Shown piece by piece: positions 9,154 to 19,154 of a DNA stretch of 24,832 bases. Below the pieces are notes generated by a model. It worked only from the letters and a program-made list of their open reading frames with translations. It was not told where the DNA came from and ran no database searches. Origin of the DNA: Geosiphon pyriformis uo1 (taxonomy: Eukaryota; Fungi; Glomeromycota). Position 1 is the first letter of the stretch. Every line of letters begins with the position of its first letter. The translations under genes and the position numbers were made by a program. Where the stretch lies: the NCBI GenBank assembly GCA_016748015.1, contig JAAOMT010000148.1, positions 1-24,832 on the forward strand. The letters are read 5' to 3'.

Positions 9154-9559
9154 CATAATTAATAATAATTTAAAATTTAGGACAATTTAAAACTCCAACT
9201 TAATTATTTATATAATTAATGATTATTCTGTTAAATAAGTAATATTATATTATCATATAGTATTTTTAATTATAAAAATATTGGTTTGCTTTACTGTAAT
9301 TTTACCAGAATTAGCAGAATTTAAACTTTAATACTTAAGATAACTTATATTAATAGTAAAAAGTTATAAGTTATTGAATATTACAGATATAGTTTATAAA
9401 TATAAGAATTATTTAACTATTAAATTAGTAGATTTAAAATACTATGGCTTATCACAAATTATAAGTTATCTCAGTATAGATTTTTTCAAGTTTAACTGTA
9501 TATATAATTAATTATGACTAAGCAATTAAATAAAATTAATAAGTAAAAGTTTTAATTAT

Positions 9560-11050
9560 AATTATAAAAATATAAAAAAAAAGTTTTTTAGTATTTTTTT
9601 ATTTATTGTATTATAAATTTATAATAATAATTATTATTTATTTATTTTATATGTAAAAATTTAAATTTAAAAAATTTTAAATTTAAGTTAATTTAATACA
9701 AATAAAAAACAAAATACTATTTAAATTTTTAAATTTTTTTTTGTTTTTATTATTAAAATTTTTAATAAAATAACTAAATAATTAATTATCTGAGTGGCTA
9801 GCTACATGTAATTTGTGTGTGAGCTACATTTAATTTGTTCCACTTAGTTTGGTTTTATGTACTAAATAGTAATTGGGCTTTACTCTTTAAATTCGTAATA
9901 AAAAAAAAATTAATTATATAATTTATATATAATGTAAGTTTAAGATATAATAATAGATAATTTATAATTAAAATTATATTATTAATTTTATAAAAAATTT
10001 TAAATTAAACAATTTAATAAAATAAAATAAAATTGTATTTTACAATAAATATATTTTAAATAATTACAATTATTATTTTATTTATAAAAATAATTATTTT
10101 TATATATAAATAACAATATATAATTTATATATTTATAATATATAATAAATAACAAAAAAACAGTATTATATAACAATAAAAAAGTAATTTAACTTTAATA
10201 AACAAATAATTTAATAATAAATTAATATATAAAATTAGTTTATAAATATTTTAATTATTTTTTTTTTTAAAAAGTAATAAAAATAAAAAAAATATTTATA
10301 TTATTAATAAAAAATAATATTTTAATATAATTTCATATTTTATATTGATTTTTTTAAAATTTAAAATTAAATATTAGTTATATTTTTTAGTAAATATTTA
10401 TTTAATATATTTTACAAAAAATTAACAATTATACAAATCAAAAAATAATAATAATAAAAAAAAGTTAAAATAAAAAAAAATAAAAAAGTTAATATTATTG
10501 TATTAATCTTTGTTTTTTAATAAATTTAATTCAAGTTTAAATAAATTTTTACAGTTTTAAGAAGTTTTACTTATATATTTTTTTAAAAAAATCAATAATT
10601 AAATTAATAATCTAATTAATTACCAAGTTAATAATTAAATTAATGATTAAATTATTAATAAATAATTACATTAATAACTATTTTTAAAAATAAAATAGCT
10701 AATTAATAATATTAATAATTAATACATATAACTAATTATAATAATATAAATAATAGAAACTTAAAATAAAAGTTTTAATTATTATAATATTATTGTATTA
10801 ACTAATATATTAACTTATTTATTATTTAAAACTTGAAAATATTTTTTAATTTTTAATTAAATAATAAAAAGTTTTTTATAATTAATAATATTAATAATAT
10901 AATAATATTTTATTTAACAATAATTTCAAAAATAAACACATTTAATTTTAATTTATTAATATAAACAGTTAAAAATATTTAATTATTTAATGCAACAATT
11001 ATATAATTTACAATAAGCATATATTATATTTTAAATTGTAAAAAAAATTT
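9560..11050. other. Extreme AT-rich tract, probably fully eroded TE DNA
   Basis: Roughly 90% or more A+T by inspection, with no recognisable motifs except a small island at 9790-9900. Confidence 0.6.
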
Positions 11051-11084
11051 TTGTCTTCTTAATTTTATAATCACAATAAAAACA

Positions 11085-13185
11085 ATAAGTAAAAAAGCTA
11101 TAGCTAATATTTTTTTTGGTATTTTACAGTTTCAACCAAAAAAGTTTTTTCTGTTATAAAAGCAGCTAAACAAAACATTTTAGAAGTTTTTTTTTTACCT
11201 AATAATTATAAAAAGCTGTTTTTAATAATTACTAAAACATTTTTTTTATCTTTGGCTGGTTTTTTATCAGTTAAAATTTCCTTAAAGAAATACACTTAAG
11301 TTAGTTTCAATATTGTTTCTATTCTATTTAAGAGCCCAAAAGTGTTTAATAACAGACCAATTAACAAGCTGGTTTTTTTTTATGGCTTTTATATCTGGTG
11401 TTGCTAGTATTATCTTTTTAAAAAATATGATCAAAAAAATCAAAGATTCAAAAAAGTAGAAGCAATTATTTGTTTCTACTATTGTTATATTGAACTCTTT
11501 TGTGGTTTCCAATGAAATTTTATATAAAATTTCTGTTGTATTATTTAATATATTATTTAAAATAGACCAAGATTAACCACTAATTATATTGTCAAATATA
11601 GTATCTTTTAACAAATTATTGCTGATTTTAGAAGCAAAGCAACTATTTTCTGTGAAGTTATTTGTTTTTGAAAACTGAACTGACTAAATAGAAACTGAAT
11701 CATTTTTTTTGCTAATTTTTGATGCTGTTACTGGTGGTGTTTGAAAAACTATTTTTAGTCATCAAAGATTTATTAAATGAGTGGTTTCTATTCTGGTGTC
11801 TGAAGTTACTTTCAAGATTAAATTAACTTATATTAAGACTGTTTTTTAGTCTGTACATGGTTTTTTGAATATAAAATCAGTGTTAAAAAACAATATAAAG
11901 CTTTTTTGTATAGAGTTTGCTTTTTAAAAGTCTTTGAAAGCTGTTTTTTGGTTGAATTTACAAGCATTATTTATTTAACTACTCTTAAAATTGCCAAGTC
12001 TTTGGTAATTTCTAAGTCTGGTTTTTTTTATTGTAATTGTATAATATAATGTGTTTTTGAGTGTGTTTTCTATTAATATTAAGATAATTTTTAATGTATT
12101 TGGTAAGATTGCTTATGTAATATTGAAGCCAACTGGCATTTGGCAATATATGATTATTCATTTTAAGAAACTAAACTTTGCTGTATTTGCTCTGAATTAT
12201 TAGTTAGGTTTGGTAGATAAAAATAGTATTAGAATTCGTTATTTGGTAAATTAAAATAAGACTATTATATTTTATAATAGATTTAAAGCCAAGTTAGTTA
12301 ATCTTTCTTTTGGCTGTACTGCTTTTAAAATTAGTAATATAATTTTTTAAGTTAGTAGTCAGATGTGTTTTATTTCTTACTTTTTTAATTTTGGTTGTTA
12401 TTTTTGGTTTGCTCTGATTACATTTAGATCTCAAGTAAATTTAAATACTATTATAAGCAAAATTAATATACTAAAAAAATATTATATTTGGTGGAAAATC
12501 TCTAGCTGTTAATGCTGTTTTAAGTATTAGAAAGTAAGTCATTTGGCTATGGATTACAAGGTGTTTTTATCTTCTTTTTTTAAGACTTTTAAAATGATTA
12601 CATTATATTTTGTAAGCTCTAAGTCTTATGTTAAAGCTTCTGTTTTTTTGAGCTTCTTTGAGTTTCTATTTCTAACAACTTTTGTCTTTTTTTTAACTGT
12701 TATTGGTAATTTTTTGGTACTGTCTTGGTTATTTTTTTTGAAATCTGATCTGACCAAACTTTTTGTATTGGTTGGATCAATTGTTAAGCCTGGCAGCTTT
12801 TTGGTTACTATATTTAAATAGTTTATTAATAATGATTTGATTTTAAGCAGTGTTTTTAACTTTAAAATTAATAAACTTATAATTCATCTAAGTTTTTTTA
12901 GCAAAGTTGTTAATAAATTGAAAAAGAAAATGGTTTTGTTAAAAAAAAATATTGTATAAATAATATTGACAAGTCTAATAATTCAAATCTTCTAGTTGGT
13001 ATTGATAATAATACATTTTCTAATTTAATTTTTTTTTAAATGCATAAATCTAATAGTATTAAAACTTATTTCTTAAAAATACTAAATAGTTGATTGGATT
13101 AATTTTTTGTAGTATTAGATTATTTGATATAATTTAAAAAATATTGGTTTTAGGTAAGTTTACTTCTATTATAGCAATATAGCAT
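11085..13185 (+). pseudogene. Non-LTR retrotransposon ORF1 (gag-like: RRM-like segments + CCHC knuckle), decayed; no ORF2 follows
   Basis: Knuckle C-FK-Y-*KVS-H-LAMD-Y at 12516-12557 is CX2CX4HX4C with two Cys lost by G>A. RRM-like KAKLVNLSFGCTAF and GIWQYMIIHF segments. Ends approximate. Confidence 0.75.
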
Positions 13186-14158
13186 AGTTTAAATTGGTTT
13201 GAGCTAGTTATATATAGAAAACATATAAATTACACTTAATTTGTTTCAAAGTATTAGATAATAATTGGGCTATACTTATTAAACTTAATAAAAAAAAATA
13301 AGCATATATTTTAAAGCCAATATAATTGTTTATAATTTAATTATAGTAAAAAAAATTAAATTATATATTTTGATTTTAATACTTAGGTTAAATTCAAAAA
13401 ATAAAAACCAAAACTTATTAAACAAACTTTTTTTTCTAATAAAATTAATTATAATAATAGATTAATTAAAACTCAAATTTTTAAAATCTAGTTTTTTTTA
13501 ATAGCAAAAAAATTTTTAACTTAAAAAATCTAATATTTATATAATCATTAATTAGTAAAATAATTTCAAAAATCTTAATTATAAAAAAATATTTAAAAAT
13601 AAAATAATATTTTATTTAAAAAGTTTTCAATAAATTTTATTTATTATATATATTTTTATATATAAAATTAATAATATAAATTATAATATAATATTTTAAA
13701 ATATAAATTTTTTTAAATAAAAACATAAAAACTTTTTTCTTTTTTATGTTTAAAATTTTCTGAAGAAAAATTTTTGAAATTTTTTTTTTTGGTTTTTTTT
13801 GTTTATTACTTCACAATTTCTAAAGAAACTAATCCTTTTATTGTTAAGTTGGCTGTTATTATAAGTAGTTTTATGGCTAAAAAAAGACCAGTTAAAATTC
13901 TGGTATCAGATTCAATTAATAAGAGCTTGGCTCAAAAGCAAAAAGCTTTCTTTAGCAAAGTTAAGTATTTAAATAATAAATCAAATTTGAGTTTTAATAA
14001 GTCAAAGCATATTGTTAACCAGTTTACTGGGATAAATACAAATAAAAATGCTTTTAAAGTGATGTTATAGTTCAAAAATTTAATAGAAATTATAAATAAT
14101 ATAAATTAACCAATCATAAAATAGCACAACAACAATTTATAAAAAAAAAAGATTTACA

Positions 14159-14256
14159 AATAACAGTAAGTATTATTATACAATAGCAGTGAACACTATC
14201 ATGCAAAAACAGCAAGCACTATTTCATAATAGCAGCAAGTACTATTTAGAAATAAC
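14159..14256 (+). repeat. U3 tandem array of LTR X, 4 x 23 bp
   Basis: Units start at 14159, 14182, 14205 and 14228; consensus AATAGCAGCAAGCACTATT. Confidence 0.8.
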
Positions 14257-14567
14257 AAAAATAAAGTATTACAAGACATTATTTTGTAAAACAATAATTA
14301 TATATATATACAATAGTTTTTAATAATGAAAAAAAAAACAGCTTTAACTTAAAACAACAAATATCTAAATAAAATTTTATTCAAAAAGATTTAATAAAAA
14401 TAATAAATTGAATTAACATTACAATTATAAGATTAACAATAGAATTTACATATTTTTTCTAGTGAATAAAACTATTATTCTATCTTTAAATTCTTTGGAA
14501 GAATAATCTTTGATCAAGATTATTTACATAGTTACTAATTAAATTGAAAAAGCTTTATTATATACAT

Positions 14568-15522
14568 TGTTACAAGTAATTATTTGGGGTCTCAAATCAA
14601 ATAACAAACCTGTAATTTGGTATTCAATTGATGATGTTGTTGATAATATCTAAAAGTTTTGTTAATCTAAAGGTTTTGGTTAAGTTCTTTGTATAATAGA
14701 CAAAAATTCATTATTATTGGTTTTGGTTGATTTCTCAAGTCGTTTTTCTAATTTTTGTCTTCAGCATGGTGGCCAGTTTAATCTGGCAGTCATGCTCTTC
14801 TAGTAAGCTATCCATTAATATATATAATTCTATTCTTATTTCTGGGTCTTTTACCAAGCTATTTTTAACATTAATAATTCAGTGTTTAATCTCTTTAATC
14901 AGTAGTAAATCAACAAACAAAAGTAAATAAAATAAAAAAAAATAAAATAAAAGAAAATAAAAGAAAATAAGAAATTAGTATTTTATCAATAGCCATGATC
15001 AAGAGCTATTGTTCTAGTGTGATTAAATGTTGGATTTTATTAACATAAAGTGTTGATAAATGGAAGAGTGATTATATTTTCAAACAAACAACAATAACAT
15101 GAATTTGAAGAATTGGAGAGATCTTTTTATTTATATAATTCCATTTCGGTTAATAACAACTATTCTTGAAATGAAGGTTAATAAATAGAGAAGAAAGGGG
15201 ATTGTTCTAAATTAATAAAACTCTATTGAATTCTCCAGGAATTGTTTTTTCTGCTTTTAACACTCTTGCTATATATATATAATTTATGTTATATGAAATT
15301 CCTTAATTCTCTAACCAGGAATTCTAGAATTCCTGAAATCCTGCAATTTCTTTAAGAAAAATTTTGGAATTCTGGAATCCTGCAATTTTTCATACAAGAA
15401 TCCTGAAATTCCTGGAATTCTGCAATTCCTCTGAGAGGAATTCTGGAATTCCACATTTATTACGTCTTCTTCTGATTGGCTAATTTATATGTTAATATAC
15501 TTCCTATATTCTATAAGTAACA
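14568..15522 (-). mobile_element. Inner solo LTR Y (955 bp), antisense, nested in LTR X
   Basis: TGTTAC (14568) ... GTAACA (15522), with exact 4-bp TSD ACAT at 14564-14567 and 15523-15526. The minus strand reads AGCCAATCAG, then the array, TATA (15270-15280) and AATAAA (15126-15131). Confidence 0.9.
15296..15452. repeat. U3 array of LTR Y: degenerate 8-9-bp GGAATTCC(T) palindromic units
   Basis: Repeated GGAATTCT / GAATTCCTG / GGAATCCTG / GCAATTCC units. Confidence 0.85.
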
Positions 15523-16332
15523 ACATAAGAAAATTATGAAAAAGCCATTAATATTTGATGTTTTTAGATTAAAGAAACACATCAGACAATTACAAGAATA
15601 ACTTCAAAGAAAACCTCAGACAGCAGGTAAATTTCAGATTAGCCTTTGGGAAGAAGTACACAATATATAAAAACAACTAGAATTAAAAAGAAAAAACCTT
15701 AAATATATTATCATTAATATCCAACACATAAAATTAAGGAACTCACAAGAGACTGATTACAATTAAAATAGAATATCAACAATTAAAATATACCAAGAAA
15801 ACTCTTTCATAATAGTAATTTTTTTAAATGATAATATTAGTTATAAAGTAAATAATAAAGATAAAAAACAGTTTGATTCTAAAATAAATACTTTAAAGAC
15901 CAAGCAGATCAATATTAATACTGTTTTTGTTTCTTAATTGGTTTTTTTATCTATTATATAAATAATAATAATGAGATTTTTTTCTCTTTTTATTTTTTTA
16001 TTTCCTTGAATAAAAAGTAAACTAACTCAAAAATATTTAAAACTCAAGTAAAAGTGACTATTAAAACATCATTTGTTTTAAATATTAATCTTTCAACAGT
16101 TGAAAACAAAACAGTAACAATGAAAACTTATTTTATTAAAATTTTTTTTATTAATTAATAGTTTTGGAAAGATTACTACTTCTTTAAAATTTAAAAAAAC
16201 ATCAGATTAATGTTAACATTAAAGAAAAGCATAAAAAAAATTATATCATTGGCCAAAAAAAGAGCATTATTATAAACAATAATCTTAAAAAACAAGAATT
16301 TTATTTAAATTAGACTGTGATAATTAAAGAAA

Positions 16333-19154
16333 TAGGATTTTAATTAAACTAAACCAATTTGAACTTTGGGTGTTTTTTAAGTTTGGTTTGAATTATGAAT
16401 TAAACTTAAACTAAACTTAAACCAAACCAATTTTTCAAAGTAAATTTAGTTTAAGTTTAGCATTGAATCTTTTTGACAAGTTTAAGTTCAATTTAAGTTT
16501 GGTTCAAAGTTTTACAAACTTGTTCAAATTTGATAAAATTAGAAAAAATATAACTTGTACTATTTGTTTATTAATCATTACTTTGTTTAATTATTATAAT
16601 CAATTAAAAAAGTATATAAACTATATATATATAACAACTCTACTCTCCAACTTACTAAAATAAATTCATTGTTGATATTATTTAATGTTACTAAAGATTC
16701 AAAATTCGAAATAATAAAATTTGATAATCTAAATAATTTAAATATTAATATATTTGGTAAATATAATTTTTAAAGTAACATATAAGATTATTTTAATAAG
16801 TTTAAATAAATAAAAGAAAAAAAAACAGCTAAATATACAGTCTTAAAATGTATACATAAACTATTTTTTTGTAAAACTACAAGTACTATTAAATTTTTAT
16901 GACATTATTTAGAAACTTCTACCAAACAATATATTACAACAAAAAAATATTATAAGAAAAGACAAAATATTCAAAAAAATTGCAAGTTAATTAAAAAATG
17001 GTTTGACAAATGAAATTGCTATTTTTTTTTATAATTTTTGACCAATTTAACTAGAAAACTGCTCTAGTTTTTTGTAGTAACTACTATTAATATTAATAAT
17101 AAAAAACTTTGTGACATAATTACTATTTGGTTTATCAACTACTAATGATTATTTTTTATAGTAAAAGACTCTAAATTAAGAGTAAACACTATTTTTATTA
17201 TAAAATATATCTTTTTTTATTTATACTTATAATATAATAAATATACTTAAGTATTATTAAGTTCAAAATTTCTTTTATATTAAATCTTTGAACATCTTTT
17301 AATAATAAAATTTTTGTTTCTGTTATTACTTATTATATTAATAACAATTAAAATTTTTAATAAACAATAATTGATTTTAAATTAATGAGTAAATAAAATA
17401 ATAAAATAAACATTGTGAATAGATTTTTAAAGTATTAAAAGATTATAGAATTACATTAAAAATATATACATATATTTTTATATAAATTTGAATTAATTAA
17501 TGGTCAATAATAAAATTAACATACTATATAGCATATTAATATTATTTGAAGCTCAGAGTTATTATAATTCTTATATTATTGAAAATTGTGTTTTTTTAAT
17601 ATTGGCTTAAGTTGATTTTTATTATTGTCCCAGACTTAAATTTTTGGTATTAATATTATCTAAAACTCAGAGTTTCTATAGTGTTTATATTATTGAAAAT
17701 TATGTTTTCTTAATATTAATTTAATTGATTTTTATTATTACTTTAAAGCTAAATTTTCAGCCAAAAAGTTTAAAAAAAAGTTATATTTATCTTTTTTTAT
17801 ATGAGTTTATTATTAATTTTATTAGTTATAATCTAATTTTTTTAACAGCTTTTTGCTATTACCCTTAATAATGCCACAAATAATAGTATTTTTATAAAAA
17901 AGTTAATAAGAAAATTAAAAAAAAAACATTTAATAAAACTTAGAGAACTTTTAATTTTAATGCTTTGATCATATTCTAAACTTGGTAATACAAGTGGTCT
18001 TAGATGAAATAAAAAATAATATTTTTAAGATATTTGTTAAAAACTTAAACTAAATATATTTATCTGAAATTTTTTTAATATAAACTTTGTATAAATTAAA
18101 GATTAAGGAACTTAACTCTGTAATTTATACTTTGTTTCAACGTTTTGAACTTTTTAAATATACTTGTAATGCATGTCAAATTAAATATTATAAACCTATT
18201 TTGGATTGTTTTACTCAACAAAATTTTATTTATAATATGGTCAAAAATGAGTTATTTTTTAAATCAGCAAGTTATTTATTTCTGATTCTATATATTTTGA
18301 ATACAAAAATTCTAATTGTAAATTTATAGACATTAAATATTCTTATTAGTCTTTACATTAATTTTTATTAATATGTTATTTTACATAATCAGTAGGCTGT
18401 TTTCAATAAAATTGCTAAATTTCTTGAATTATTTAAAAATATTATGATTAAAATGTCAGCCAGTTTAAATAATACTATTTCTTTAATTATTTTCCTCTTT
18501 AATATTATTTTTAATCACATCAAAAACATAATTAATAATAATGAATTCAGTAAAGCATTATAATCTTAATTGTATTTATTTAGTATTTATTTAATATATT
18601 TAATATTAGATTTATTATTTATTTAACAGTTAAAGCTGCAAGAAAAAAGTTGGTTGAATATTACTTTAAAACAAATACAACTGTAATATTCTATACTGCA
18701 TTAAATCCAAAAAGAAAATTTTATTATTTCATGAAGAGAAAATTTTCGAATAACAATATTAATAAAATAAAAGAATTGTAAATTATTAATTTATTTAAAT
18801 AATTTTATTTTCCAATTCTTACATAATAAATAAATCTTTAAAATATGTACTTTCTTTAAAATAGAGTACATACTGAATATTATACTAACATTAAATGACA
18901 GTTTTTTGTTCAATGTGAATTTTAATAATATTATAGCATTAGTTACATGATCTATATTAAAGACAGACTTTGACAATAATGAAAAAAAAAATTTACAAAA
19001 TTAATTATTATATTTTTAAAAAGATGGCCAATAAGAAAATAAATATAATAGCATAGTAGAAGATATATTACAAAAAATATTTACTTAATTAATATTTTAT
19101 TAATAATTTAATATTTAAGTACATCAAACACAATTTTTTTATCTTATATATATG
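16333..19154 (+). mobile_element. hAT transposon copy 1: 5' TIR, subterminal repeats, transposase pseudogene; 3' end missing
   Basis: TAGGATTTTAAT terminus and AAACTAAACC-type repeats at 16345-16530. BED-finger relic (YTVLKCIHKLFFC...L*HYL), LDCFTQQNFIYNM at 18201 (from LD..TRWNSTY.M) and ALNPKRK (from LDPR.K). Confidence 0.85.
17533..17760 (+). repeat. 114-bp tandem duplication inside the hAT element (also in copy 2 at ~20945-21175)
   Basis: CTCAGAGTT...TTATATTATTGAAAATT at 17552 and again at 17666. Confidence 0.85.

Larger units (their letters stand above)
14063..15814 (+). mobile_element. Outer solo LTR X (~793 bp once the nested LTR is removed)
   Basis: Starts TGTTAT and ends ATAATA (ATAACA with C>T). 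TSD GTGA (14059-14062) / GTAA (15815-15818). CCAAT at 14110, a 23-bp array and a (TA)n box at 14299. The host frame is restored on removal. Confidence 0.8.
13840..16332 (+). pseudogene. Second non-LTR ORF1, 5' part (13840-14062 joined to 15819-16332), split by solo LTRs and cut by the hAT element
   Basis: Removing 14063-15818 restores one frame: ...NKNAFKV|IFLNDNISYKVNNKDKKQFDSKINTLKTKQINI. It continues with SFVLNINLSTVENK...TVIIKEI. Family assignment is from recall. Confidence 0.7.

Noticed and set aside
9560-11050. Centromere, origin or organellar insert
   Set aside because: AT richness alone is not diagnostic, and no genes or periodic repeats were seen.
15287-15522. 236-bp mini solo LTR (TGTTAT...GTAACA)
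   Set aside because: No TSD; the 14568 boundary gives an exact ACAT duplication.
15523-15800. A third ORF3 homologue (IKELTRD resembling IGKLTE)
   Set aside because: Similarity is too short, and the segment lies inside solo LTR X.
16463-16663. 66-aa ORF
   Set aside because: Translation of hAT subterminal repeats and leader.
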